A program made the position numbers and the translations under genes. A DNA stretch of 64,000 bases from a virus (taxonomy: Duplodnaviria > Caudoviricetes): the IMG/VR virus record IMGVR_UViG_3300033075_001751, positions 1 to 64,000 of that record; one strand, written 5' to 3'. Under the pieces are notes generated by a model that was given only the letters and a program-made list of their open reading frames with translations, searched no databases and was not told the DNA's origin. Below, in pieces: positions 8,988 to 18,960 of this stretch (positions are counted from its first letter, which is position 1; each line of letters begins with the position of its first letter).

Positions 8988-10241
8988 ATGGCTGAACCGT
9001 GGGATAGGCAGCACGTTATACGTGAGGCGATGTACAACTTACACCGGAAAGAACCCTTTTGGGCAGACTTTTTGGTGCAGATGCAACAAAGATGGAACGA
9101 TGAAATTTCTACTGCAGGTGTCATGTCTGCGCCGGATGGAATCAACGTTATCTTGTGCATGAACGAAGGATTCTTCCGGGAGATTGGAGCTCCTCCGAAT
9201 CCAAAATACAAAGACTATCCTTGTGGAGTACTCCAACACGAAGTACTTCATGTAGGTTTTGGTCACCACCTGACGTTCAAGGACTACGCAGACAAGCGCG
9301 TTGCAAACTTGGCAATGGATTGTCTTGTAAACTGCTACGTTCCATTTGCGGATCTACCCAATTTTGTAATGGCTGACGGAACAAAGTTCGAGCCGGTTAC
9401 AATTGCGTCTTTCCCGGAATTGAATCTTGAGCCTAAAAAGGATACCAAGTATTACTACGACAAGCTCATGCAAGCACATCAGCAACAGAGCTCTCCAAAA
9501 TTGGAAGGTCTTTTGTCGCAAATGGCTGCAGACGGGTATGGTGATACTCCCATGGAACACAAGCTATGGGAATCTTTTGAAGACATGACCGATGCTGAAA
9601 AAGCTCTGATGGAGCAGGCTGTAGGTCAAGGTTTGGTTGCTGCTTATGAACGTTTGCCGGAAGGACACAAAAGCAGGGGAATGCTTCCGGGAGAGATTGT
9701 CGAAAAGATCGGGAAGATCATGAATCCCGAACCGCCTAAATTCAATTGGCGAAAGTATTTGAGGAACTTCATTGGTAACTCCGAGGTATGCGGGACACGC
9801 AAGACTCGAAGAAAAGACAATGAAAGATATCCTGACAACCCCGCATTGAAAGTACTTCACAGGAAAAAGATTCTTGTAGGCATTGACACAAGCGGGTCGG
9901 TCAGTACTGCCGAATTGGAAGAGTTCATTCGTGAACTTACCCATATTCACAAATGCGGTACCGAGATTACAGTGGTGCAGTGCGACACTGCTATCCGGCA
10001 CATTGACAAATTCAAACCGGGCATGGAAGTTCACATCCACGGAAGGGGTGGAACAATCCTTACACCGGTATTGGAATATTTCCGAGAACGCAGCCGGGAA
10101 TACAACTGTCTTATTTTCTTTACTGACGGTGGTTGTGAAGCAACTCCCGATTGGTTCAAGCTCAGATGCTTGTGGGTTCTTTCAAATCGCTCTTGTGATG
10201 CTGATCACTTGAAGCCGTATGTTATTCGTTTAGAAAAATAA
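8988..10241 (+). CDS. DUF2201-type metallopeptidase-vWA domain protein
   Basis: HEVLH zincin motif, AN.AMD..VN, W...LR.F, MIDAS DTSGS, GRGGT, FTDG. Confidence 0.9.
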   Translation: MAEPWDRQHVIREAMYNLHRKEPFWADFLVQMQQRWNDEISTAGVMSAPDGINVILCMNEGFFREIGAPPNPKYKDYPCGVLQHEVLHVGFGHHLTFKDYADKRVANLAMDCLVNCYVPFADLPNFVMADGTKFEPVTIASFPELNLEPKKDTKYYYDKLMQAHQQQSSPKLEGLLSQMAADGYGDTPMEHKLWESFEDMTDAEKALMEQAVGQGLVAAYERLPEGHKSRGMLPGEIVEKIGKIMNPEPPKFNWRKYLRNFIGNSEVCGTRKTRRKDNERYPDNPALKVLHRKKILVGIDTSGSVSTAELEEFIRELTHIHKCGTEITVVQCDTAIRHIDKFKPGMEVHIHGRGGTILTPVLEYFRERSREYNCLIFFTDGGCEATPDWFKLRCLWVLSNRSCDADHLKPYVIRLEK

Positions 10242-10254
10242 AACCAAATTCAAG

Positions 10255-11529
10255 ATGTCGAAAAACACAGTAGTTTCGAATTTTCACGGGTCTAAACTCG
10301 ACAGTAAACAAATCGGTGATTTGATCAAGCACTTTGTGCTTACCAATCGCCAACTTCAAGCCGAAGGTAAACCTCCGGTAGCATTTTCGATTGTCGGCAA
10401 GCCCGGTATTTCCAAAACATCAATCGTCGAGCAAACAGCAGAAGAACTCGGTTTGCATTTTGTCAAAAAAGACTTGGGTCAGCTGGAAGAACTCGGTGAC
10501 TTGGTAGGGATGCCGGTCAAAGAGTTTGAGATTTCCAAGATGGAACTGATGCAAAACGAAAAAGGTGAAACCGTACCCGTTCGTGTCAAAGATTCTGAAA
10601 AGTGGGTTACCGAAGGAACTCTTTCCATTTACCTGAGCAACGGTTATGTTCAATCCGGTCGCCGCAGGACCAATACTGCAAAACCTTACTGGGTTGAAGG
10701 TTTGGGAGAGAACGGAATTCTTCTGATCGATGACTTTTCGCGTGCCGGCAGTCAATTTCAAACTGCCATCATGGAACTTGTCAGGGTTCAGACTTACGAT
10801 TCATGGAAGCTTCCAAAAGGTTGGACGATTGTTCTGACTGAAAACCCTGATGACGGATCTTACAACGTGAACAGCATTGACGAAGCGCAACGTACCAGGT
10901 TCATACAGTTTGAACAAAAATTCACAGCTGAAGCTTGGGCTGAATGGGCGGAAAAAGTTCAGATGGACAGCCGGTGCATCTCTTATATGCTCTTGAACAA
11001 GTCGGTTGTCATGACAGCCATGGACAATCCGGAGCAGCGTGTGAATGCGCGGTCGATCACAAACTTTTTCAATGCGATCAGCTCGATCAAGGACTTTAAT
11101 TCAAATCTCGCGTTGATCAACATGATCGGCGAAGGTTCGGTTGGTTCTGTCATTGCAAATGACTTTACTTTGAATTTTATCCACAAGGGCGCGGATAAGA
11201 TGATCACTCCTGAACAGGTGCTCCAAGAAGATTCCAAAAAAGTGTTTGACCGTTTGCGCGAGTTGATTCAACCAGGCTCCAATTCGGAGCGTGCAGATAT
11301 TGCTGCCATGATGATCTTCCGGCTCAACAATCACTTGATCGGTATGTGCGAGCGAGGAGAAACGATTGGAAAACCGATCAACCAGCGTGTCATTGAGATC
11401 ATGGAAAGCGATTGCTTTGGAATGGACCTCAAGAAGCGGATCGGAACCGGGGTTTTGGTTCATCCAAAGCACGGTGACAAGTTTGCTGAAGCCCGTAGTC
11501 ACAAATCACTTTTGCAAATCATCGCATGA
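10255..11529 (+). CDS. MoxR-like AAA+ ATPase
   Basis: Walker A GKPGISKT, ELGDLVGMP, Walker B LLIDDFSRA, W.LPKGW.IVLTENP, D.AQRTRF, NARS. Confidence 0.9.
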   Translation: MSKNTVVSNFHGSKLDSKQIGDLIKHFVLTNRQLQAEGKPPVAFSIVGKPGISKTSIVEQTAEELGLHFVKKDLGQLEELGDLVGMPVKEFEISKMELMQNEKGETVPVRVKDSEKWVTEGTLSIYLSNGYVQSGRRRTNTAKPYWVEGLGENGILLIDDFSRAGSQFQTAIMELVRVQTYDSWKLPKGWTIVLTENPDDGSYNVNSIDEAQRTRFIQFEQKFTAEAWAEWAEKVQMDSRCISYMLLNKSVVMTAMDNPEQRVNARSITNFFNAISSIKDFNSNLALINMIGEGSVGSVIANDFTLNFIHKGADKMITPEQVLQEDSKKVFDRLRELIQPGSNSERADIAAMMIFRLNNHLIGMCERGETIGKPINQRVIEIMESDCFGMDLKKRIGTGVLVHPKHGDKFAEARSHKSLLQIIA

Positions 11530-12578
11530 GAACACAGGATGTCGCAGTGGATTTCTCTCAAGTGAAGGAATTGACCTTCATGGGAGAAGTCCACGGCTTC
11601 TCCTGGATGGAGGACGGCGATATAAACAGAGGATTACTGATCCCGATCGTAGAAAACAAGTTTGAGAAAGTGTGTAATCTTTTAGCCGGAAATGATGCGT
11701 ATAGCCTCAAAAAAGGTGACAAGATTTACAAGATTCCTGCTTGTGCTTTCGATGACCACTTAGTGAAAAGAGTTGCTAAAAAATTTGGCGCAATGGTTAC
11801 CGATGATGTTGACAAGGCAACTGTGTTTCTCGGAAACGAAAATCTTGGAAGATGGATGGGAAGCATGGAAGTTCCCGGAAGAGACGATCTGTTTTTTCAT
11901 CATGAATATTTCAATCCGGGTAAATCGGTTTCTTATCCCCATAACAGGTGTCAATCATATTCAGTTTTGGAAGACGTATCCAATTTACCTGAAGTGTTTT
12001 CAGAAAGAGTTGTTCGTTACACTCCTATTTATGATGTATTGGCTCCTACTCGATGGGCAACTCCGCTTGGATTCAAGATTCTTTACAAATGGGTGAGTGA
12101 AAAGATACCTGTGATGTCAGAAGATTACTTCCTTAGCTTGGACGATCGTTTAAAACTGACTGCAGATCAATTCGAAAAGATTACAGAATTGTTGGAAGGA
12201 GGAGAATCTTCCGCTAAACTGGGTCGGGAAATGTTGTGGAGGATGGACTATGAGGATCCAGAGACTATTTTAAATCTTTTCCTATGGTCAAAAACCGAAT
12301 GGGTGAGGGACAAAGTGGCAACGGAAATAGGTAGGACCAAAAGAGAGCAGCTTTTCTTGCGAAAAAGCAATTTTGCACAACTTAGAAACATGACTCAGGG
12401 GGCATTTGTTGCTCACATGAAAAATGTCATTACGAAAGAGAATGTTTTGAAACTGAAAACTCTTCCCAGTGAAGTGTTTACGATTCGTACCGAGTTTTCA
12501 AAGTTGGGTGTGAGTGATTGTTATGATTTGAAACTGGTTCCAAAGAAAGGATTGGAACATTTACTGAATGAAGTATGA
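11526..12578 (+). CDS. protein with split BRCT-like domain and internal helical-tag motif
   Basis: AKKFGAMVTDDVDKATVFLG and KIPVMSEDYFL resemble the two halves of a BRCT domain; DQFEKITELLEGGESSAKLGREML follows. Confidence 0.6.
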   Translation: MRTQDVAVDFSQVKELTFMGEVHGFSWMEDGDINRGLLIPIVENKFEKVCNLLAGNDAYSLKKGDKIYKIPACAFDDHLVKRVAKKFGAMVTDDVDKATVFLGNENLGRWMGSMEVPGRDDLFFHHEYFNPGKSVSYPHNRCQSYSVLEDVSNLPEVFSERVVRYTPIYDVLAPTRWATPLGFKILYKWVSEKIPVMSEDYFLSLDDRLKLTADQFEKITELLEGGESSAKLGREMLWRMDYEDPETILNLFLWSKTEWVRDKVATEIGRTKREQLFLRKSNFAQLRNMTQGAFVAHMKNVITKENVLKLKTLPSEVFTIRTEFSKLGVSDCYDLKLVPKKGLEHLLNEV

Positions 12579-13561
12579 GAACTACTGATCTGAACACCAG
12601 GGATGAACTGGAAAGAAAATTCCTTGCGGGGGATTATTTTATGCATTACAGCGGAGGAAAGAAGATTTTGTCCCATCCTCGCAAGTTTTTCAATGAGGAA
12701 GTGCTTCTTCTTGGCGAACAGGAAAAGGAGTCTTTCCTTCAAGCTGGTAAGCTTACTCACGCTTTGATGTTGGAGAATGAAAACTTCAAAGATAAATATG
12801 TGGTGAGCGAGATCAGACTTCCCAGTGAAAATGTGAGGATTGTCATTGACGAGATTGTTCCGCAGCGTACATCAGACTTGCTGGAAGATCACCGCGATCA
12901 GGTTCTTGCGATTATGACCAGGATTGGTTTTCACTCAGCCATGGTGGACATGGAAAAGAAATTCATGAAGGTTGCGGGTGATGGCGGTCAAGCTTACTGG
13001 GACCATCTGATCAAATCCACTGGAAAGATCTTGGTGGATCCTGTAATGTTTGCTGATTGTGAACGTGCTGCACACTTGATCAATGCAAATCCGGAAGCTG
13101 TCCGGTTACTTGTACCTACCGATGGGATCTATCTCAATGAGTTTTATCATGAAATGAAGTTCGATGAAGATTCTGTAGGACTTGCCGGTACCATTGACAA
13201 CTTGGCTATTGATTTGGCTGCTAATACGGTTCTTGTCAATGACATCAAAACCAGTTCAAAGCCTTTGTCACATTTTCCTGACGCTGTAGAAGTGTACAAA
13301 TACTGGTTGCAGGCTTGTTTTTACAAGCGACTGGCGTTGAACTACGCTTCTATGCTCGGAATGGTTAATCCAAAATTTGAATTTCACTTTATTGTCTCAG
13401 ACGTTGGTGACAGCGTGTACTGTTTTCCTGTATCTGATGCGACCTGGATGCGTTGGGAATCTCAGTTCGAAGAGTTTTGGAAGCGATTCCGTTTTCACTA
13501 TGACTCTCGTAACTGGGAGATGCCGATGGAGTTTGCGACTCCGGGAGGTTTTGTTTTATGA
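12575..13561 (+). CDS. PD-(D/E)XK exonuclease (RecE/exonuclease VIII-like)
   Basis: HYSG, GKLTHALMLE, NE, GTIDNL, NDIKT, YWLQACFY. Confidence 0.85.
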   Translation: MRTTDLNTRDELERKFLAGDYFMHYSGGKKILSHPRKFFNEEVLLLGEQEKESFLQAGKLTHALMLENENFKDKYVVSEIRLPSENVRIVIDEIVPQRTSDLLEDHRDQVLAIMTRIGFHSAMVDMEKKFMKVAGDGGQAYWDHLIKSTGKILVDPVMFADCERAAHLINANPEAVRLLVPTDGIYLNEFYHEMKFDEDSVGLAGTIDNLAIDLAANTVLVNDIKTSSKPLSHFPDAVEVYKYWLQACFYKRLALNYASMLGMVNPKFEFHFIVSDVGDSVYCFPVSDATWMRWESQFEEFWKRFRFHYDSRNWEMPMEFATPGGFVL

Positions 13562-14163
13562 TTCCAAGGGTTTTGTCTAAATATGTCCAGAAGAGTGGGC
13601 TGTTTTTGTATCCTCTGCTTCAAATAAAAAGAAGAGGTAGCATCAATCCTCTGGGCACATATATTCAAATCGAAGGAAAACCCGCAAGATTTAAAAGAAG
13701 TCTCTTTGTTTTGCATCCAGCACGACTGGATTCTGATTTTAGGGATTTTGAGAGGCTACAACTTACCAAGTCACCCTGTTTCAGGGATTTGATCAAGGTG
13801 GGTGACGAGAAGATTTACGTTTACGACATGGCTGCACATGCAGCAGATTACGATCTTTTCCTTGCGGGAAAGTATTCTCGTATGTCGGAAAGCGCAAAAG
13901 CAAGGATAATGGCGTACCAACGGGAGCCGCTCAGGATGGGTCAAGAGCCGTCCAGTAATGCGGCATATATTCAAACGTACCTATATCCCCAAGATTACCA
14001 TGAAATATACGCGGATCTTCTTTGGAATGGAGAGGATCCGAACAGAAGCGAAGGAATGAGAAGTATGATGGAGATTTGCGAATTATGCAATCCCCCCGAT
14101 ATTCAAAAAGAGAAGTTGGTTGTTGTCAACAACAAGGTTGAAGTGTTATATTCGCTACGGTAA
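13558..14163 (+). CDS. hypothetical protein
   Basis: 201-aa ORF with ATGA overlap; QKS..FLYPLL and FLAGKYS motifs. Confidence 0.75.
   Translation: MIPRVLSKYVQKSGLFLYPLLQIKRRGSINPLGTYIQIEGKPARFKRSLFVLHPARLDSDFRDFERLQLTKSPCFRDLIKVGDEKIYVYDMAAHAADYDLFLAGKYSRMSESAKARIMAYQREPLRMGQEPSSNAAYIQTYLYPQDYHEIYADLLWNGEDPNRSEGMRSMMEICELCNPPDIQKEKLVVVNNKVEVLYSLR
14123..14154 (+). promoter_or_regulatory. putative Bacteroidota sigma-A type promoter upstream of the polymerase operon
   Basis: TTG (14123)-21 nt-TATATTCG (14147-14154), close to the TTTG/TAnnTTTG consensus; small GGTAAC/GTTACC hairpin follows. Confidence 0.45.
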
Positions 14164-14189
14164 CGGGTTGTTACCTAAAATCTCATTCT

Positions 14190-14612
14190 ATGAAAAACAT
14201 GTTATTGATTTCCGGGATGTTTGCTATTGGTGAATCCAAAGCAGTACCGTCCCTTCGAATGGTTCCCTGTACGAAAGATTGCCCTTATCTTGAGGCACAG
14301 TTGGATCCTCGTACAAATGTACTTACCGTCATCCTCAAGGATACAATCATTGATCGGGAAATGATTCCTCGCCGGGATGTCAACGGAAGTTTGATTCCGG
14401 TTTCAGGTACAAAAAAAGAAGCTGCCAAATGGCAGATGAAGGAAAATGAAGCTGTCATCAATCATGTGTTTTACATTTTGTACCCGCATGAAATTGAGGC
14501 TTTCATTGAATTGATGGCGTTCAATGCTGACAAGTACGATTACAAGCGTTTCTTTGCGGCACCCGAAGCGGAAAACACAGAAGTTCCCAAGATCGAAATC
14601 GTCAAAAACTGA
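14190..14612 (+). CDS. hypothetical protein
   Basis: 140-aa ORF coupled to the DNA polymerase gene. Confidence 0.75.
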   Translation: MKNMLLISGMFAIGESKAVPSLRMVPCTKDCPYLEAQLDPRTNVLTVILKDTIIDREMIPRRDVNGSLIPVSGTKKEAAKWQMKENEAVINHVFYILYPHEIEAFIELMAFNADKYDYKRFFAAPEAENTEVPKIEIVKN

Positions 14613-16606
14613 TGAACTATGTGGTGGATTTTGAAACCCACCCAAATTTCACCCTGTTGGTAGCTGAGGAAACTCGGTCTACCAGCAGGAGGATTTTTGA
14701 GGTTTCCTATTGGAAGAATGATTTTGTCGATCTTGCAAATTTCTTGTGGGGTGCTGCAAAAAACGGGGAGGTCCACATTGGTTACAACAATCTCGCTTTT
14801 GATGCACAGGTCGAAGAATTCATTCTTACCAATTGTCATGCATTGAAACAAGTGTCAGGTGAGCAGTGTGCGCTGCAGATCTATGAGTTTGTTCAACATC
14901 TGATCGAACTGTCTAACACCAATCAATTCTTACCATTCGCGCCCTGGAACATCCGCATCAAAAATGTGGACATGTACAAGCTGAACGGTTGGGATAACAT
15001 GGCGAAAAGATCATCCTTGAAATGGATTCAGTATTCCATGGACTGGGAAGATATCGTTGAAATGCCAGTTGAGCACGATACGCTAATCAAGGATCGGGCA
15101 ATCGCCGATCGTATCATCAATTACTGCATTAATGACGTGCGCAGTACCAAGGAGGTGTACATGCGCAGTATTGGTGAGGTAAAGATGCGTAAAGAATTGG
15201 ACGATTTGTTTTTTGAAGGTAAAGGCTTGATTTATTCGCATAGTAGAACTGCTTTGGGAAAAGACATTTTTCTTGACAAGCTTTCTGCTGCAATGCAAAT
15301 GGATAAAAGGGATTTGCGTAAAATGCAAACCTGGCGAGATTCTGTAGAGTTGAAATACGCTATCTTACCTCAGCTGACGTTTACTACCAAGGAGTGTATC
15401 GGAGTCTTGGAAATGTTCCGGATGAAGCGTGTTGATCCTTTGAACATGAAAGGGGCGTTTTCACATTCGATGCGGTTCCGAGGAATGAAGATTGGATACG
15501 GTGTCGGCGGTGTTCATGGTGCAGCTGCCCATGGACATTACAAATCCGGTAAAGGATGGATCATCAAGTCCAGTGACGTTTCCAGTTACTATCCAAATCT
15601 TACTATTTCCAACAGTTGGGCTCCTGCTCACATTCCTAAAAAGGTTTTTTGCGATCAGTATAAGTGGTTTTACGATGAGCGGAAAAAGATTCCTAAAAAG
15701 AATCCCGTCAATCCTGCTTACAAAGAGGTGCTCAATGCTGCCGGCTTTGGTTTGACTAACGAGAAGAACTCGTTTCTGTACGATCCTTTGCATTTTCTCC
15801 GAGTTACGGTGAATGGGCAATTGGGTTTGACCAAACTGCTTGAGATGATCTGTCTTGCGATTCCGGAAGCAAAACCTCTCATGTTTAATACCGATGGTGT
15901 AGAAACGCTGATACCGGAAGGTGCAAGTGATTTGTACATGAAAGTCTGTAAAGAATGGGAAGACTTGATGAAATTGCAGCTGGAGCACGCTGAGTATTCC
16001 GATATCTATCTCACTGATGTGAACAATTACATCGCGGTTCAGGAGGAGCAGGAAGTCCCGCAGGAAAAGTGGGAAGCGATGAAGAAGGATGTGCCGCATG
16101 ATGTGTACAAGGAAAGGGATGGAAAATTCTATGTACAGCAGACTAAGAGTAAGGGAAGATTTGAATTTCATGACTTGCCGTTACACAAGAACAAAAGTTT
16201 TCTTGTAATCCGTAAAGCTGCGTTCAACTTTCTTGTACACAAGATCGATCCGGTTGTCACTCTTGCTCATAACAAGAACATCTTCGATTGGTGTGCCGGT
16301 CTGAAGATTGATCGGAGCTGGATGTTTGACGAGCACAAATTGATCGAAGGTGTTGATCAGGTCAGTCCGCTTCAGCGAGTTTTGCGGTATTACATTTCAA
16401 ATACAGGTGCAAAGATCTGGAAACGAAAAGTAGCAACCGGGAAGCTGCTTCAAGTGCATGCTGACAAAAGTTATCAAACACCCTATTGTACCCACAAGGA
16501 TGTTCCATGGGAAGATAGAAAGATTGATGTGAAATGGTATTTGTCCAAAGTTGCAGAGGAGATTGCCTCGGTGATTGGACCAACTGAATTAGATTTAACC
16601 TATTGA
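14612..16606 (+). CDS. polB: family B DNA polymerase with 3'-5' exonuclease
   Basis: ExoI DFE, ExoII GYNNLAFD, ExoIII YCINDV; motif A DVSSYYPN, motif B KEVLN..GFG, motif C NTDG; DVNNY. Confidence 0.93.
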   Translation: MNYVVDFETHPNFTLLVAEETRSTSRRIFEVSYWKNDFVDLANFLWGAAKNGEVHIGYNNLAFDAQVEEFILTNCHALKQVSGEQCALQIYEFVQHLIELSNTNQFLPFAPWNIRIKNVDMYKLNGWDNMAKRSSLKWIQYSMDWEDIVEMPVEHDTLIKDRAIADRIINYCINDVRSTKEVYMRSIGEVKMRKELDDLFFEGKGLIYSHSRTALGKDIFLDKLSAAMQMDKRDLRKMQTWRDSVELKYAILPQLTFTTKECIGVLEMFRMKRVDPLNMKGAFSHSMRFRGMKIGYGVGGVHGAAAHGHYKSGKGWIIKSSDVSSYYPNLTISNSWAPAHIPKKVFCDQYKWFYDERKKIPKKNPVNPAYKEVLNAAGFGLTNEKNSFLYDPLHFLRVTVNGQLGLTKLLEMICLAIPEAKPLMFNTDGVETLIPEGASDLYMKVCKEWEDLMKLQLEHAEYSDIYLTDVNNYIAVQEEQEVPQEKWEAMKKDVPHDVYKERDGKFYVQQTKSKGRFEFHDLPLHKNKSFLVIRKAAFNFLVHKIDPVVTLAHNKNIFDWCAGLKIDRSWMFDEHKLIEGVDQVSPLQRVLRYYISNTGAKIWKRKVATGKLLQVHADKSYQTPYCTHKDVPWEDRKIDVKWYLSKVAEEIASVIGPTELDLTY

Positions 16607-18357
16607 TTATGCCACCAAAAGCAATGTCGGGCGCAAGTGAGCCCGCAGTAAGAAACGTAGCATTGCCGCAACACGCGGCTAGTTATACAGTGATTCCAAA
16701 TGGTCTTGCGATCGATGAGAGCCGGCGGCAACTTGCTTCCTACGGTTTCAAGATTGCAAAGGAAGAATACATGCTCGCCGGTAGGGATGAGACCGGTGCT
16801 CATCAAATTGCGATGGGAAGATATATCTGCGAAATGCCGGGAGCTCCGATGGAGTTCAAAATGGTGTTGCTGTGGGTAAACTCTTATGACAAGTCTACAC
16901 GATTCAAGGTTGCAATTGGAGTACACTTGGAAGATGCCGGCGTAGATATCATCAAAGGAGAAGGTTCCAGCTTCAGACGCAAGCATACGGGTAAAGCGGA
17001 CGAAGAGGTTGTTGCTTCATTGGATGAAAAACTTCAGATGCATGCACAGCTGTTTCAAGAAATCATGGACGACAAGGTTCTGATGGAACAGGTCGAGATG
17101 GGTTCCGATCGTCAAAGCTTTTTTCTCGGAAAAGGATTTCTTGAATGGAAACTGTTGTCTGGAGAACAGATGCATTCGGTTCGCCGGTTCATCGAAAAAC
17201 CTGTGTACCAACCTGAGTGCAGCAATGCCTGGTGTTTCTATGTTCGTACTTTGATGGCGTGTGCAAAAGAACACCCTCGGACTTATGTCGAAACTTTCCG
17301 TGCATTGCATGCTAAGATCATGTATTACGTCACAGCAGGATTTCCGAATTTGTCGGATGTGAAAATTGACGTTCCTCTTATGGACAAGGTGCATTCCAAT
17401 GTGCCGGCATCTGTTGTTGAAGAACAATTGAAACTCAACGCTGAGGAAGAAGTCAAAGCTCCACCTATCGAGGTATTGCCCAATCAGATCAGTTTGTTTG
17501 AGGAAGTCAAACCAGAGGTCAAGCAAGAAGTTCGCTATGACTTGGGAGACGATGGTCCAGTTGAAATCAAAACGATTGTTCCGGTTGAACCTCCCAAAGA
17601 ATTGCCGGTAGTAGAAGTAAAAGCTGAACCGAAGATTGTATCTGAAACTTTTTCGATCGCTTCAGCTCTTTTTCAAAATGACTATGACGTTGCTTTCAAA
17701 AGTGAAATCATGGCAGCGTATGGAGAGGTGCACGGTTTTGGAGAAGTTGAAGAAACCTTGTTCCGGGAATTTCTGGCGAAGGATGCGAATGTGCAACAGT
17801 ACAAGAAGAAACCCAAAGAAGTTGTACCGGCTGAAGAAACACCGGCTGAAAGATCTACCCGTTTGTTGGATGCAATCGAAGAATCCCGTAAGCCGGCAAA
17901 TGGTTCTGACTTTGACGTAGACGAAGTCTACCACAAAGCTCAAGAAAAGTACGGCAACCTTCTTGGTGCTCTTGCTGACAAAGACAAAACTTTGCTTGAC
18001 GCTATCGAACGGGGTGATGTAGAAGAAGTTGTTGTTGAAGACAAAGCTCAAGTCGAAGTAGTTGAAGCAGCAGTTGTTGTCCCTCAAACCGAATGGGAAA
18101 AAGTCGATACCAGTAAAGGTATGGCGGGTCAACCGACTATCTATGATTACAAGATCATTGATCATGAATTGTACCGTAAGTTGAAGCGACCTGCTCTTAT
18201 TGTTGATGAAGATTTGGACAATCCTGATTTCTTTGCGACTCCCGCACCCGGAAAAATTGTAAGCATTGAGCTTCCAACTGCGGAGATTCCAAGTGTCGAT
18301 GTTCCAATCATCCCGGTTGTAAAGCCAGAGTCACCCAACATTTCGCCTTTCTTGTAA
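16603..18357 (+). CDS. DUF932/DUF945-like domain protein with long acidic low-complexity C-terminus
   Basis: SYTVIPN, VNSYDKS.RF.VAIG, FRRKHTG, NAW.FY in first ~240 aa; E/V/P/K-rich remainder. Confidence 0.7.
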   Translation: MIMPPKAMSGASEPAVRNVALPQHAASYTVIPNGLAIDESRRQLASYGFKIAKEEYMLAGRDETGAHQIAMGRYICEMPGAPMEFKMVLLWVNSYDKSTRFKVAIGVHLEDAGVDIIKGEGSSFRRKHTGKADEEVVASLDEKLQMHAQLFQEIMDDKVLMEQVEMGSDRQSFFLGKGFLEWKLLSGEQMHSVRRFIEKPVYQPECSNAWCFYVRTLMACAKEHPRTYVETFRALHAKIMYYVTAGFPNLSDVKIDVPLMDKVHSNVPASVVEEQLKLNAEEEVKAPPIEVLPNQISLFEEVKPEVKQEVRYDLGDDGPVEIKTIVPVEPPKELPVVEVKAEPKIVSETFSIASALFQNDYDVAFKSEIMAAYGEVHGFGEVEETLFREFLAKDANVQQYKKKPKEVVPAEETPAERSTRLLDAIEESRKPANGSDFDVDEVYHKAQEKYGNLLGALADKDKTLLDAIERGDVEEVVVEDKAQVEVVEAAVVVPQTEWEKVDTSKGMAGQPTIYDYKIIDHELYRKLKRPALIVDEDLDNPDFFATPAPGKIVSIELPTAEIPSVDVPIIPVVKPESPNISPFL

Positions 18358-18358
18358 T

Positions 18359-18946
18359 ATGGCATGGTTCGTTCCAAAAGGGGACGGAAATTTCTATGAC
18401 GTATTCGGCAAAGTTCGTACTCCTGAACAGCAGGAGTTTTTTAGGAATAATCCCCCTGTCACAGGTATCGTTGTAGATGCCGGCGTGATAGGGGGAAAAA
18501 CCTATATCGCTTCATACGATTTAGAAACTCACATATACAAGATAGACAGGTTACCTTTTAAACACGATTCTTCGGTTGCTGAACTGATGGCGATCGCAAA
18601 AGGCGTGTCAGCAGCAAAGTGGAAAGATGATCCGGTTTGCGTCCATTGTGACAATAGCCAAGCAGTGATATGGGCGATTAAACGATACTCGATGGATCCG
18701 CGTGAGTACAAGTACATCGATGTGATGGCTTACAACTGCGCGATGCAAGTAATCTTCAGTAAACGCTCGGATGTAAAGATACGACCGTGGTATACAAATA
18801 ACTGGGGTGAGAACCCGGCTGACTACCGCTATCGTAAAAATACAGATGGCTTTAGAGGATTTGTAAGACCCAAGCAGAAAGAAGGAGATCCGCCAAGAAA
18901 AAAGATAAGGCGGAGAAAAAGAAGAAAAAAGAAAGAAGAAGGATAA
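18359..18946 (+). CDS. ribonuclease HI-like protein with basic C-terminal tail
   Basis: VVDAG, S.AELMAI, HCDNSQA..W, W.T..WGENPADY (Bacteroidota-type RNase HI). Confidence 0.8.
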   Translation: MAWFVPKGDGNFYDVFGKVRTPEQQEFFRNNPPVTGIVVDAGVIGGKTYIASYDLETHIYKIDRLPFKHDSSVAELMAIAKGVSAAKWKDDPVCVHCDNSQAVIWAIKRYSMDPREYKYIDVMAYNCAMQVIFSKRSDVKIRPWYTNNWGENPADYRYRKNTDGFRGFVRPKQKEGDPPRKKIRRRKRRKKKEEG

Positions 18947-18960
18947 AAAAAAGCAAGGAA

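Noticed and set aside
12575-13561. Cas4 / CRISPR adaptation gene
   Set aside because: Lacks the four-Cys Fe-S cluster pattern and has no cas neighbours; fits a RecE-like exonuclease.
14622-14645. GGTGG...CCACC hairpin at the start of polB as a translational operator
   Set aside because: Short imperfect stem within a coding motif (VVDFETHP); compatible with chance.
18880-18960. Purine-rich A-run tract as a repeat or regulatory element
   Set aside because: Explained by the Lys/Arg-rich RNase H tail and an A-rich Bacteroidota-type translation leader.
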